Shown piece after piece: positions 12,601-27,600 of a stretch of DNA of 64,000 bases. A program made the translations under genes and the position numbers. The stretch comes from Chiloscyllium plagiosum (lineage: Eukaryota), in contig NC_057752.1 in the NCBI RefSeq assembly GCF_004010195.1, forward strand, positions 5,521,754 to 5,585,753. Reading direction: 5' to 3'. Numbering within the stretch: position 1 is the stretch's first letter; each line of letters starts with the position of its first letter. The notes below the pieces were generated by a model, which saw nothing but the letters and a program-made list of their open reading frames with translations, did not search any database and was not told the origin of the DNA.

Positions 12601-15600
12601 AACCCTTCATCAGGATTTCGACAGTCATAAAGCTATACAGCATGGAAACAGACCCTTCAGTCTAACTCCATGCTGACCAGATATCCAAAATTAATCTTGT
12701 CTCATTTGGCTCATATCCCTCTAAACTGGTGGGTTGGCAGTGATACCACTGCTGGTCTTCAAATGTGTCAAGTACCTTGAGTATTACTCAGCACACAACC
12801 AACCTTTTGTCATTGAATGAATCCTTTGATCTCATCTGGAAATTGTTGTCAGTTCTGTGGCACTCTGTTTTACAGGAATGTGTTTGTCCCGGTTTGTACC
12901 TATTGTCTTGTCTTGAATCAGTGCTCAGCTTTGCCCTTTCAAGCCACAGAAAATTCTGAGGCCTCAAAAGGGTAAATACGGGAAGATGTTTCCCCCAGGA
13001 GAAGAATCTAGAACGTGGGGACATGTTCTCAGGATAAGGTATCATCTGTTTTGTATTGACGTAAGAAACGTCTTCACTCTGAGGCTGGTGAATCTTTCGA
13101 GCTCTCTGTCACTGAGGGAGCTGTGGGGACTGAGTCACTGGGTATATTGAAGACTGGAATCAATAGGTTCTTGGGCAGCAAGGGAATCGAGGAATGTGGG
13201 AAAAGTCCAGTTTATATACAAGGTCAGCCATTGAATGGTGTAGCAGCATGTGAGGCCCCTTTTTATGATGTTTCTAGACTTGTAGAAGTCCCCTCTTGTT
13301 CACCTCCTTTCAAGGTTGTTGTAATCAAAGTCTTTCTCCACTTGTGTTCCAGTCATTCAAACTGTTCTATTGAAACACTAACTCACTCTCACTGTCCTCT
13401 CACCACACATGCTGCCTGAGCTGCTGTGTAAATCCAACATCATCGTTTTTTTTGAGTTGGTCATACTTCATTTGCCATCTGTGGCACTCTTCGAAGCGGA
13501 TGTCAGCTGGCATATTTGTTTACATTGCAGTGACTGAAAATTAGAAATGATTGCAAATGATCTTTTAGCTATTTGAGAGATGTATAAGGCATGACAAAAA
13601 TGTAGTTTCGATATAAAAATTGGAATGTTTCTCTTTTCCTTCTAATTCCTGTAAACTGCTGCTTGAAGCTATTGTAATAATAAGTACTTCAAAAGAAGGT
13701 CCTTGAATATCCTTCCACTGAGCTGAGCTCTCCAGTTTAACAATGACCCCACTAATTGGAGGAAATAGAGCTGTGACTAAACTGTTTTATACATGTGTCT
13801 CGAATGTTCAAGGGATTTCATGACAGTCGTAACCCAGCGTGGTCTTTTGGTTATTGAACTCATTGTAGTGCATTTGCATGCCTCAATGCTGCTAACTAAA
13901 ATGAATCTAAAAAGAGATTCTAAAGGTCCAATTTCATATTCTATTCAGTCCCATGGGACTCTGAAGAACTGTTTATACATTAATGCACTAAAGTCCTGCG
14001 CTGCCCTATACAACTATAAATTGAAAGTACTACAATGTGCCGTGAATGATTTACTTTCCTTTGCAATACTGATATCACACAATCATCTCGCACTTTGAGC
14101 CTCTGTCTTATCTTTCTCAAAGAAATCTTAGCAGTTGCATTCTTTATATTGGCCTTGCCCTATTCCATGCAGTTTGGCATATTGGTATTGCACAGCTGAA
14201 CTCTGTGCCACTTATTACCAGCATTTAAAGCACATTCTACACCCACAGTATTTGATCTAATGCTGTGTTTAGGGAATTACTTTAAACATTCTCTGAACAG
14301 CATTGTTGCAGGAGCTTTCTAGCTTATTCTAGCTTGCTTCAGATCTTGATCATGTTTATGGAGAAGTGTTGCTTTGGTCAGAGCTTGACTGGAGAAAACA
14401 CATGAGTCTGTGTTATATCCAGCGACATTGTGCATTGATGTCATTGCAAGTATACAGATGATAAGGAGAATTTGTTAATATTTGGATCTTGTTGCATTGT
14501 AAAGTACCTCCAACAGAAAGAACAGGAATTGCTGTCTGCCCTTTTGTGTCGGATTCATCATTGGCAGAGAAGTCTCCAGTTGCTGCTTTGACTGTGAGAG
14601 AGACCTGTGTTATCTGTAAGCAAAAGTGACCACAGTCTCACTCTCGTATCATGAGACTGTGTTTCAATTCAAAAAGGCTTCCTCTCACTCCTGGCCACTC
14701 CTCAATAAATAACACTAGATCTGTCAAAGCAGTAATTGTCTTCAAGGAATAAAGCTGCACCCATCTCCTTTGCAATGACTCTGTCGGGACTGTCACAACA
14801 CTTTTTATTAAACAAAAACCCTCTCAGAAGGTTCAGTGAATCTCCTGAAACTGAACAAAAGAAGTTAATTTCCTTATAGCCCGCGCTTTAGTTTCCATTT
14901 TGTTTGATGTTTGACATTTAGAGCTGCAGTCACAAATATTTTGATCTTGTTTGGCTTCTTGGAGTCATAGCGATGTACAGCACGGAAACAGACCCTTCGG
15001 TCCAACCCGTCCATGCCGACCAGATATCCTAACCCTGTCTCCTCCCACCTGCCAGCACCCGGCCCATATCCCTCCAAACCCTTCCTATTCACATACCTAT
15101 CCAAGTGCCTTTTAAATGCTGCAATTGTACCAGCCTCCACCACTTCCTCTGGCAGCTCATTCCATATGAGTACCACCCTTTGTGTGAAAAAGTTGCCCCT
15201 TAGGTTTCTTTTATATCTTTCCCCTCTCACCCTAAAGGCCTGGGGAACCTGCAAACGCAACAGAAACTGAATCTTTTTCTCTAATTTCAGCTGAGGTATG
15301 ATTGAAAGGCCTTTGAAATGTCAGATCCCCTGCATCTCGAGACAGTCTGTTCCATGAATCGTGTGTAATGTGGTTTAACTGGACACTGTCTTGTCGACCT
15401 TCCCTTCTGTGAACCTGGTTCACGTTGCCTTTCAGAATAGGTGATCCGTCTTGTTCCCAGACAGTGCACCAAGGCAGTGTCTTGCAGCAGTGTTCATCTC
15501 AAACTGAACAATGAGATACTTCCCACAGGAATCAATGGGAATTTACACAGATGGATTCAGATACAACAGAGCACACTTGAATTGAGTGGATTACTTGCCA

Positions 15601-18600
15601 CAGTATTATTTCTTGTGTTTCGGTATTGCCAGTTCAAAGGGCAGCACTGCTGAATGTGGATATGGAGCTGACCTGACCGCATCTTCTCCAGTGGTCCTCA
15701 TTATTTTAGCTAACCAGTAATGCAGGCAGCTTGATGTGCTGTTGTTTCAGTTTTCAGTTAGCCCTCTCGAATATCATTAGATCTGCTCAGCACTTAGACT
15801 GCCATACCTCATCCAAGATGTCCATATTTAATGCATTTCCCCACATCTTTTAAACTTGAGATGAACTCCTCTAAAAGGCAGTTTTTTCCTGAGTAGAAGC
15901 AGGATCAAGCAATCTGGCCTTTCCCGGGGCAGCACGGTGGCTCGCTGGTTCGCACCGCTGCCTCACAGTGCCAGGGACCTCGGGTGACTGTCTGTGTGGA
16001 GTTTGCACGTTCTCCCCGTGTCTGCATGGGTTTCCTCCGGGTGCTCCGGCTTCCTCCCACAGTCCAAAGATGTGCAGATCAGGTGAATTGGCTGTGTTAA
16101 ATTGCCCTTAGTGTTGGGTGCATTAGTCAGGGATAAATGTAGGGGAATGGGTCTGGGTGGGTTGCTCTTTGAAGGGTCGGTGTGGACTTGTTGGGTCGAA
16201 GGGCCTGTTTCCACACTGTAAGGAATCTAATCTAATCTGCTTCCCTATCAATTAGATTACAGCTAGTCTATTCCAACCTCTGCATTATCCCCATATCCTT
16301 TAATTCCTGAAGTATCCAAATATCTGCCAGTTGCTATCTTGAACATACTCAACAACTGAGCATTCACAACCCTCTGGGCTAGTGAATTCCAAAGATTCAC
16401 AAACCTTCTGAATGAAGAGGTTTCTCCTCGTCAAGTCCTAAATGGCCCGGCTCCTCGCCCCAGGCCTGAATGGCCCGGCTCCTCGCCAGCCAGGAGAAAG
16501 GAGCTGTCAGCATCGACCCTCCCACACATCATAAATTTTATATATTTGAGATCCGCTCTCGTTCTTCTAAACTCTAAACAGTATATGCCTGGTTGTCTCA
16601 ACCTCCTATCATAGGACAATCCCTTCATCCCAGGAACCAGTTTAGTGAATTTTGCACTCCTTCAAGGGCAAGTATATTCCTTTTTGGGTAGCACTGTACA
16701 CAGTAATCCCACTTCTAGTGTCACCTCACCAATGCCTGCTTAATTACAATAAGATTTCTTATCTTCCAACCTAACAGACCATTTGCCTTCCTAACATTTA
16801 GCTATCCTTGCATGTTTACTTTGTGCAATTCATTCATGGAAACATCCAGGTCCCTTTGAATGCACATATGTCCCACTCCTGGCATCCAAATTTTTGAGAA
16901 AGTCGACCAAAATGTGTAGCATCACACTGCCACATCACGTGCAGTCTGCCATGTTCTTGTCCACTCACCCGACCTGTCTGTAACACTGCAGCCTCTTTGC
17001 ATCCTCCTCAGCACTAACCCTGACCCACCTAACATTGCATCATGAGTTCACTTGAATGGGTCATGATCGGTCTTGTCAGGAACTGCTGAGATGCAAAGGG
17101 CAGGCCTGATATTTTAAGAAAAATGCAGAACTTGAGATAGAGGGAAGATTTTCAGCTCTGCAGGAAGAACCCTGGATTGTAAAATATGAAAACTGTAGCC
17201 TAACTGTAGCTTCTGATCTATTGAGTGACTACCCACAAGCATTCAAAAAAGACTAAACCACTTGCATTATGGTGAAAGTTACTTGCAAAGGGTGTTTAAA
17301 GCATTTTATTTTTGTAATGCTGTCTACTTCGCTCTAAAAACAACGCCAGAATAGAGTGCAGCATGCCAACATTTCTTTTTTCTGAGAATACCAAAACCTG
17401 TGCAAGACTTTATTAAATTTACTTTTCTGAGCAACAAGGAAGCAGTTCACAAGATCAGATGCTGTAAATGCAGCTTCTCTTATTCATGAAATTAAAAAAC
17501 TTTCTCATGTATGTCAGCAAATCTGCACCTCGAAGATCTCAGTCTATTGTTAGTTAAGAGTGCCAGTCAAAAACAGCTTTATTCAACAGCTAAGTTGCAA
17601 ATGTAACCACTTTACTCAAAAGTAGCCACAAATCACTGAATTGTACCACTGATCTTCTCTGCGGCCAGCAGTAAGTACTATTTACATAGTGCCATAAAAC
17701 CAAACAATCAAATTGTTTAAACGATATTGTATATGATTCTCATGCTGTGTTTGGAACTGCTGACTATTGCATTAACAAATAATAACCACAAAATAAAACT
17801 CTCAACCAAATATCTTGGTTGTACCTTAGCCCTATAACAACTGTCCTCTGTGCTGACTCACTATCTCTGTCTCTGTCTGTGTGTCTCGCACACAGTCTGT
17901 CAAAAGTGAGGCTTTGTTCTGGTAAAATGAGATGTCAGAAATTCATCAAGATTTCTTAGACAGTGGCATCTGAACCAATGACTGCTACCATGTTTAGAAG
18001 GACCAAGATAGCTGATTCCCCCCAGCTGCAAGTTCCACTTGAAGTCTCGCACAATCTAGTCTTGGATATATTGGTGAGGCCACTTTTGGAATATTGTGTT
18101 CAGTTCTAGTCTCCTTCCTATAGGAAGGATGTTATGAAACTTGAAAGGATTCAGAAAAGATTTACAAGGATGTTGCCAGGGTTGGAGGGTTTGAGCTATA
18201 GGGAGAGGCTGAATAGGCTGAGGCTGTTTCCCCTGGACTATCAGAGGCTGAGGGGTGACCTTATAGAGTTATAAAATCATGAGGGGCATGGATAGGTTAA
18301 ACAGACAAAGTCTCTTCCCTGGGGTGGGGGAGTCCAGAACTAGAGGGCATAGGTTTAGGGTGAGAGGGGAAAGATTTAAAAGGGACCTAAGGGGCAACTT
18401 TTTCATGCAGAGCGTGGTGCATATATGGAATGAGTTGCCAGAGGAAGTGATGGAGGCTGGTACAATTATAACATTTAAAAGACATCTGGATGGGTATATG
18501 AATAGGAAAGGTTCAGAGGAATATGGACCAAGTGCTGGTAAATGGGACTAGATTAGGCTAGGATATCTGGTCAACATGGACAAGTTGGACTGAAGGTTCT

Positions 18601-21600
18601 GCTTCTGTGCTGCACATCTCTATGACTGTATATGTCACTGTTTCTTCCCTGTCACTGGGTCAAACTCCTAAGTCTCCCTCCCTAACAGCATCTTGAGTCT
18701 ACCTACACTAAATTGGCTGCAGCAGTTCAAGAAGGCATCTCACTACCACCTTCTCAAGGGCATCCAGGGATGAGAAATGCTGGCCCAGCCAGTGACATCC
18801 ATTACCCAAATGAATGTGTTCAGTTTAGCCTACCGACATGAGTCCTGTATTGAGGGGACCTTTGTCTGTGGAGAGTTCTGGATTGAAGCTAGGATGGGCT
18901 TTGCTGGGAATCGCACGTGTACTTACAAAACAACTGTGCTGCTAAATTAATCTCTGTACCAAAAGTAAAAATATCATGCCCCAGTTTCCAAGTTAATTAG
19001 CATCCCCTGAAAACTTCCTGCCTTCTGGCTATTGTGGTAACCTTGTAACCTTCTGTTTTTGAGCCATGCACTAGTTGTCTGGCTTCCAGGCCCAACACTG
19101 GTCACCCAAGGTCCTGGGCTTACCTTTGTCAGGCTGCAATATAAATGGAAGTAAAATCAATGCATGATAAAACCGAATGCAGCAGCAGTAATAGAACCAG
19201 CCCAGTGGAAAGTGGGGTGCACAGTAACAATATTATTAATGCAGCTAGAGCCTGTGTCTCCCAGTGCTGCCTTGGGGTTTCGGCTTCCTGCTCTCTTCCC
19301 ACTCAGTCCCCAGCTCTCCCAACCACACTCCAATAGCTCCTGCTACAATCCCAGAGATGCACAAGCGACATGATTCCTGTAGCTGGCAGAAGTTTGACTC
19401 CTTGCCCTTGGAGCAAAAAGGAGCGAGCAAGATAACGTGCAAGAGGCAAAGAGGGAGATGATCAGAGGCAGACAGAGATGTGGTATTTTCCTAATTGTTT
19501 AGCCTGGGAGCAGAACCACAGGAGATCCATTATATTTGACGTATTATGCATTCCTCCAGTTGTAAAACAGTGTCGGCTTGGATTTCTCATGAGCAGCACC
19601 GCAGGCAGCAACTAATATTTGAGGCTGTTACAGATACTCGCAGGAGACATGCATTATTCCTGTGAGCTGATTGTCAGATACTTTTATTTGTCCTGTAAAT
19701 GAGTGAGACCAGTGAGATGTAATACACAAGCTGTCAGCCCAGAAATTTTGCTGTGTTAGTAGCATCATAGTTTTCTAGTCATGTCAATATCAAACAAGAT
19801 GGTTCAATTAAACAGAGTCAAATGCAGCAATCTTTATGGGTGGTAACCAACCAGTGGGCCATTCAACATAGCCGCAGGCGATAGAGCCTGTTTCAAACAT
19901 TCCTAAATGTGAAATTCATCAATATGCAAGCATTTCAAATATGAGGTTTAATTCCCTGTTATTTATGAAATTCCCAATCTTGGTTACATTTGCTGTGGGA
20001 AGGATATGAGACAAGCCAGTCACCTCTTAACTAAAGGAACAAAAATCATCCATGAACTGCTTCTGTGTATCCTTTAGTTTCGCCCTTGGGGTTTATACCT
20101 GATGTGGAAGGTAGATTGTAAATATTAGGAGTATTATAATTTTCTTGAGACATCTGCAAATGGAGCATACTGCATGGACACAAGTTGAATTTTATTGGAC
20201 TCCCTGTAACTTTCAGATCAAAATATTTTGACCATGGTTTGACTTGACATTCTGCCATGTGTTGCAGCAAAAGTTATCAAGCAAATTAAATCCATTTTTA
20301 TTGTTCATAAACTCATGAATTGTGTAACTTTATGGGTATGATTGTGCAGTTTTTGAAGGTATATGACTTTGCTCAGTGCCATTCATATTAGGAGAGCAGG
20401 ATCCTTCAGTGGATAGTTTTGGATAGCTGAAGCTATTGAAATCTTTTATGGTAATGGGCAGTTCAGTTTCTCTGAGTACACATCATCTGTATGAATCTGT
20501 GCAGTCATAGAGCGGTACAGCACGGAAATAGACTCTTCAGTCCAACTTGTCCATACCTACCAGATATCCCAACCCAATCTAGTTCAACCTTCCAGCACTT
20601 GGCCCAGATCCCTCTAAACCCTTCCTATTCATATATCCATCCAGATGACTTTTTAAATGCTGTAATTGTACCGGCCTCCTCCACTTTCTCTGGCAACTCA
20701 TTCCAAACACACACCACCCTCTGTGTGAAGAAGTTGCCCCTTTGGTCCCTTTTAAATCTTTTCCTTCTCACCCTAACCCTATTCCCTCTAGTTTTGGACC
20801 TTCCCACCCCCGGGGAAAAGAGCTTGTCTATTTACCCTATCCATGCCCTTCATGATTTTATAAACCTCTTTTAGGTCACCCCTCGGCGTGCGACACTCGA
20901 GGCAAAACAGCCCCAGCCTATTGAACCTCTTCCGATAGCTTAAACTCTCCAACCTTGGCAATGTCCTTGTAAATCTTTTCTGAGCACTTTCAAGTTGCAC
21001 AACTTTCTTATAGCAGGGAGACCAGAATAGTGCACAGTATTCCAAAAGTGGCCTAACCAATGTGCTGTACAGCCGTAACATGACCTCCCAACTCCTGTAC
21101 TCGATGCATTGACCAACAAAGGCAAGTGTACCAAACGCCATCTCCACTATCCTATCTACCTGTGACTCCACTTTCAAGCAACTATGAACCTGCACTCCAA
21201 GGTCTCTTTGTTCAGCAACAATGCCCAGGACCTTCCTATTAAGTGTTTTAGTTCTGCCTTGATTCAAGAGGATGATATTTGGAAATAGTGGCTTGCTGCC
21301 ACTTGCCTTTTTTCACACATTTAGTGAATATTGATCATAACTCCCCTTGGGGATTACATTTTTGAGAATGGGATAGTTTTTATTTGCTCACTGTGTCCAA
21401 ATCGCAGTGTTTCCAAGTCTGGTATAGCGCGGGGTTAGATCTTGGGCAATACTGCGTCAACTACGCATCATCCTTGGACTGACTGTCCTACTATGCCAAG
21501 CCAGCCATATGTATGTATTGAATGAGAGTGATAGCAATACATTATGCTAGTGTTGTGCTGTGGATTTATTGCTGTTGGATACTGGTTTGGCACAGCTCAC

Positions 21601-24600
21601 ATTCATTTAGCTAAAGACCATTCAGACCCTTCCATCCATCTGGCTTGAATTGGAAACCAAGGTCTTTTCGAACCAACCTTGAAACTAGAATGATCAATAG
21701 TGCCCAGAAATAAAAGGAAAAACCATCCTCTCCATTCTATATTGACCATATTCTCAGTGAATGAAAGAGGACAGACAGATGCTTTGCGCAAAGGTTTGAT
21801 TTGTATTGGACTTTGTTCACTTAGCCTTCTCCCAGACTGATCTACAGGGACTGCAAAAGCATTTGAATATTTCTATTTTTTGTGAATGTTCACATTGCGG
21901 ATGTTTTATGACTTAAGTTACATTTTCCCATGAACTCCAATTTCTTGCCAGCATCACCAGCAGCTGCTGCTGCTGTGCATACTTCCTGCTAAGGTCGAAG
22001 TGCCCATTTCTGTTTGTTAGGAAGAATGCAGCAGTGGATGAGAATAACCTTCTGTTTCTTGTTGTGTAGTCACCAGCATTTAGACTGTCCACTCTTATCA
22101 AGGACTAATGAGACTAACCGTTCACTGTGATAAGAGCCAGTTACAAAAACAGCACTTAAAAAGTATTTTTAATCAACCTGTTCAGACATGTGTTATAATT
22201 CAGTTGGGACTTGAACTTAAAACCTCTATCCCAGAGTTAGGGACACAGTCACTGCTCCACAAGAGCCCAAGCTTATAAACTGTCCAGCAGCCTGACTATT
22301 TTGGGCAATTCACTAGGTACTTATCAGCTTGAACTATTGTGCTGATTTCAAGCAAAATCCAGCCTTCAGACCATCTCAATGGGTCATTTGAATCTCCATT
22401 ATAGTGTGGTTATCTTAGTTGTGAGACTACATGTGTATTCATTGACCATGACGAAAAGCAGCCACAATATCATTTTGTGTTTTAATTATAAATTACCTTG
22501 CTCACATACTTTTTTTTGGTTTTGTTGGCCATTGTGTATTCTGGTTAAACAACTTCAAGACCAACTCGAACCCTAAAAGTGGTGGAGACAAATGTAATGC
22601 TTTATACGTTTTTTATTTTCCGAGCCTGCTCCCTTGCCTGCTTTCCCCGACCCCCCCAAACCAAACCAAACCAAATTTTTCCTTCTGTCGAGCACAAGGA
22701 GCATATGACCTGGAAACTGGGATAAGCCCTCCGAGCCTGCCCTATCATTTGACAAGATCATGGCTGATTTGGCTGTGGTCTCAATTGCACTTTCCTGTCT
22801 GCCCCACCGCCTTAAACCTTGGGGTTCTCAAAAATCAATCTAACTTGGTTTTTAATATATTCAAGAATTCTGCCTCCACTAATTTCAAGGGAAGGGAATT
22901 CAACTGACTAATGACATTCTGAAAGAAAACATTTCTCCTCATCTCAGCCTTAAAAGGGAGACCTCTTATTCTCAGCCTACGTCACCTCACTGTAGTCTCC
23001 TGCACAAGAGGAAACTGGTTCCATGTATCCACCTTTTTCAAGTCCACTCAGGATCTTGTATATTTTTCCTCTCATTCTTCTAAACCCAACCTGATCAACC
23101 CTTCTTGCAAACATGCATATTAGGAGCAGACTTCGACCACTCAGCTGCTTTGGAGCAGCATGGTGGCTCAGTGGTTCGCACTGCTGCCTCACAGCACCAG
23201 AGAGCCGGGTTCAATTCAGGCCTCGGGCGACTGTGTGTGGAGTTTGCACATTCTCCCCATGTCTGCGTGGATTTCCTCTGGGTGCTCCAGTTTCCTCCCA
23301 CAATCCAAAGATGTGCAGGTTAGGTGAATTGGTCATGCTAAATTGCCCGTAGTGTTAGGTGCATTAGTCAGGGGTAAATATGGGGAATTGGTCTGGGTGG
23401 GTTACTCTTCGGAGGGTCGGTGTGGACTGGTTGGGCTGAATGGCCTGTTTCCACACTGTAGGGAATCGAATCTAATCTACTCAAGTCTGCTTTACCATTC
23501 AATAATATCAAGGTTGATCTGATTGCAACCTCCAATCCCCATTCCCACTTACCCTGAAAACATTTCAACCCCTTGCTTAGCAAGAATCTATCCACTGCTG
23601 CCTTATAAATATTCAAAGACTGCTTCCCTTTTAGGAAGAGAGTTCCAAAGACTCTGAACCCTTACAGAGAAAAAATCACCCCATCTGTTTTAAGTTTGCA
23701 ATTCATAATTGTTAAACAGTGACCCTTAGTTCTAGATTCTCTCATAAGAGGAACTATTCTCTCCTCATCTAACCTGTCAAGGCTCATAAAGATCTAGCAT
23801 GTTTCAGTCAAGTTACCCCTTACTCTTCTATTTTCCACAATAACCTTTGATGTGGCACCTTCTTAAATGTGTTCTGGAAATCTAAGTACAGTACACTCAC
23901 CAGTTCTCTTTTACCCACAACATTTGCTACCTCCTAGAAGAACTCCAGTAGATTGGTTAAGCACGATTTCCCTTTCACCAAACCACTTTGATGTCAGCCT
24001 GATGACCTTAAACTTAGCCAAGTGTCTTGCTTTAACCTCTCTCATAATTGCTTCTAATATTTTCCCTATGATAGATGTTGAGCTAACTAGCCTGTGGTTC
24101 ACTGCTGCTGTCTCCCTTTTTGAATAAATCAGGTGCATTTGTTATTTCCCAATCTATTGGTAGGTTTCCCCCAAATCAGAGTTTTGGAAAATGAAAATAA
24201 GCGCACCAACTATCTCACTTGTCATTTCTTGCCAAATCCTTGAATCCATCAGGATCCAGGCATGTCAGCACACAGCTCCAACAATTAACCCAGTATCACT
24301 TCCTAGTGGTTATGATTTTCCGGTCTTGCTCCCTCCCTCCCATTTCCTGATTTGTCACTGCTTCAGGGATGTTCCTTGAATTCTCTGTAGTGAAGATTTA
24401 TCTTCATAAGATCCCAGCAATGAGTCAAATGAATCTTCTCTGAACTACTCTTCATGCAATTATATCTTTTTCAAATAAGAAGACAAGGCCAAGAGATGTA
24501 CCCGCTGCCTGAGAGAGAATTGGTAGGTTTGGTTTATTCAACTGTGGGGGAGTCATGTCCGAGTCCACATCTGTTCTTGCTGGATAGTCGTATACACACA

Positions 24601-27600
24601 CTTAGCAGCTGGCAGCACCTGAGTAGCAATCACCAGCTGGGAAGCTTGGCTGGCACTGGGCAAGGGCCTTGAACCCAATTGAATTTCTCCTGCCTGAACT
24701 GAAATTGTCTGACTCAGTACAGCCTGGCAATCAAAGATTGGCACCTTCTTCAAAAAGTTGGGTGTGGTTCTGAGTGACTAATTTTTTTTCTCTTGAGCCA
24801 ACACTCCTTTCTCTGAGCATCGACATGGTTTCTGAATTCAATTAGAAAGGCCTTTCAGGATGATTAAACTCTTGAAACCAAGTCAGGACGAGTTGGTTGA
24901 TTCCAATTTGTATAATCCGTAGAAGGGAATGTTGAGAATGTAGGCTGGGTGCTCAGAGGGTAGTACGTCAAGCTGTGACCTTGTGATGACTGCTAATCTA
25001 CCATTTTAAATGAGTCAACTGTTTGGAAATCTTAGCTATTTTTATCTCGCTTTTCAATTCAGATTCCTGCAGCCAGTTCCCCAGTTGGAAGCTATGAAAT
25101 GTGTTAATTGTCGAGCAATTGCAAATTTGTAGAACCAATTTTTGTGGGTCAGAATATTGTGACACCATATGGAATCCAGATTTAACAGCACTAACAGTGG
25201 GGGATGTCTTATGAATGCCAGGTTCCCAGAATGTGAGTTAATAAGACACTATAAATGCAAATCTGCAGTTTACAGTGCAGCCCTAATACACTATCAAGCA
25301 GTACAATTCGTAGCTAGTTATTAATAGATTGGAGATTTTTCCCTGTGACTGCACTTGAGCCTGTAAAGTCCAATAATATAGTTTCAGTTGCAACGATGCT
25401 CTGCAGTAATTTAAGTATGACTCCAATGTTCTAACCCACTTCTGAAGTGTGATGCTTTCTCCTTTTCCTGAGTGTTTAATTCCTGAGCCATCACTATAAA
25501 TCACTTTCAGCCAGGGTGGGATTAATTCTGCAGCAATGTGGCTCACTCCCCTTAGCAGTCAAAGGGCATCAAATCAAGTTCACTTTCTGTTGTATTTAAG
25601 GTTTTGGTGGACTTCTACTATTAAAAGTTCTTTTTGCGAGCAGTAAATAATTATAGATATTGTTCTTGGTTTTAGATTTGTATATTACTTAAAGTAAACT
25701 GTTTACTCTATATTTTCTCCAGAGTAGATCCTGGGTTGCACATCAATTTAAAAAAAAATGATCTTGTGCGTAAAAATATCGTTGACCACTTATTTTGTGG
25801 ATTGGATCAGGGCTTTTCCGTGATTTGGTACCAACCAGCCACACTCGGCCGATTTTCAGTTTTGACGGCAATCTGAGTTGTTGTTCATTTCTGTTTTTAT
25901 TTTGTTTCTCTCTTCTGTACTCAAGATGTGGAACTCCCATTGGATGCCTGACATTATGAAATACATTCCAGTCTTTCCCAGCTATCAAAATATGAGCAGA
26001 GTTTTCAGAGCAGGTTGTTGGATGTGGATTAGCGTGAAGTTGCCTCAATGAGGTGGATACTTTTAATAACAAGATCTTTTCAGCTTTGTAATTACTGAGC
26101 ATCAATCAGTTAACAGCATGGCAGAGGTATGTACTCAACTGAGTGTCCTCCCCACTTGGGTAAAGTGCATTCCCTGTACCATAAGCAACGTCAATGAGGT
26201 ATACCAGCACACGAAAGTTCATGAAAATCATGTTGCTACATTTGCAAATAATGGGCATGAAGCACAGTGTAAGATGGCATTCCCAGGCTGCCAATCTAAC
26301 TAAATCCATCTATGTTGCTTTTCACCTGGTCACCTGCTGATGAAGATCAATACACAAGTAACATCGGTAAATCCAGTGGCAAATCTGGTGTTGCTATGCA
26401 TCTGTTGAAGCATTGCCATTGTTATGCATGGCTCAGCTGACCATGTTTGTGAGAATGTATTACTGATCCATTTCCTAGAAACTGTTGTGTTGTTGTGTGA
26501 CTAATGTTTCTGCAACAAGTCATGTTTAATGAGCAATCTATGCGTCAAAGTTATTTTGTTTTTGTCTTGGTACTAGTGTTTTGGCTCCCTCAAGTGAAAA
26601 TCCAGCTCTGGGGCACTGGCTATCCTTGTTATGTTGTCACTTGAGTACTCTTTCCTTTTCCTGTTCTGCATTTGTTTTTTTTTCACCCATCTTTCAATCT
26701 CTGTTAATATCAATGGCCAGATATTGGAGTTTCTGGGATGTGCTTCAAGTCTGTGTTTCACTGTACTTGGCAACAATTTGAGGATGTGACACAGAACGCT
26801 TTGTGCTCTGTTGCTTGTTATTACCCTGCCTGCGCAAGTCAATTTGGTTGAGACTGAAGTTGCTCGCCTTGGCTAAAAACATTCTCTGCCAAACTGGTTA
26901 AATTTATGTGGTGAGATCAGTGCACTGCATCCTTGTACCAGTCTGCAGGTGGAGTTTGTCTCTCAGCTTGTAATTGATAAAGAGGTATTTGTGCCCAGAT
27001 AGGAGTTTGAGTAAATATTCATAAACCCTTGGTTATTCCAGTAGAGAGTTGTCACAACTCCAGGATAATGTCACCCTTTTTGAAGTATTCCGATTTCTGA
27101 GAGTTTGGTGTTTCAGCTATTCATTTAGTTTCATTATTTGTCTTTCCTTTACCCACAGGCTATTGCTGTCTTTGAAGACTCGGAGAAATTGAATTCTACT
27201 GGAGATGGTATATTAATTTAAAGCCATTTTATTCTAAGGTTTCCTTGCACCCCATATCAGCAACACCACCCTTTGGGCACTGTTTAGTAGATTAGTGATT
27301 TTAATAAAGGAAGTACCCAAGTTATTTTCAGTACTAGTTTGAGTAGCACAGTAAAACTTGGATGTTAAGTTAGCTGAGGGGGAAGACAGTGGGCAGTTAA
27401 GGCAGTTGGGATGATGGACTGAGTAGAGTGCCCCCAGGATTGGTGCTGGGATCTCCAGTGTTTCTGGACTAGATCACAGATGAGAGAGGCTATTTAGTTG
27501 ATCCGCAGCAGCTAACTGTTCCTTGAATGACTCCAGAATTTTTATCTTTGTTACCCTACCCAGAGCCAGGTACCGATCCCTCTTTGTGAGGGGTTGCTTT

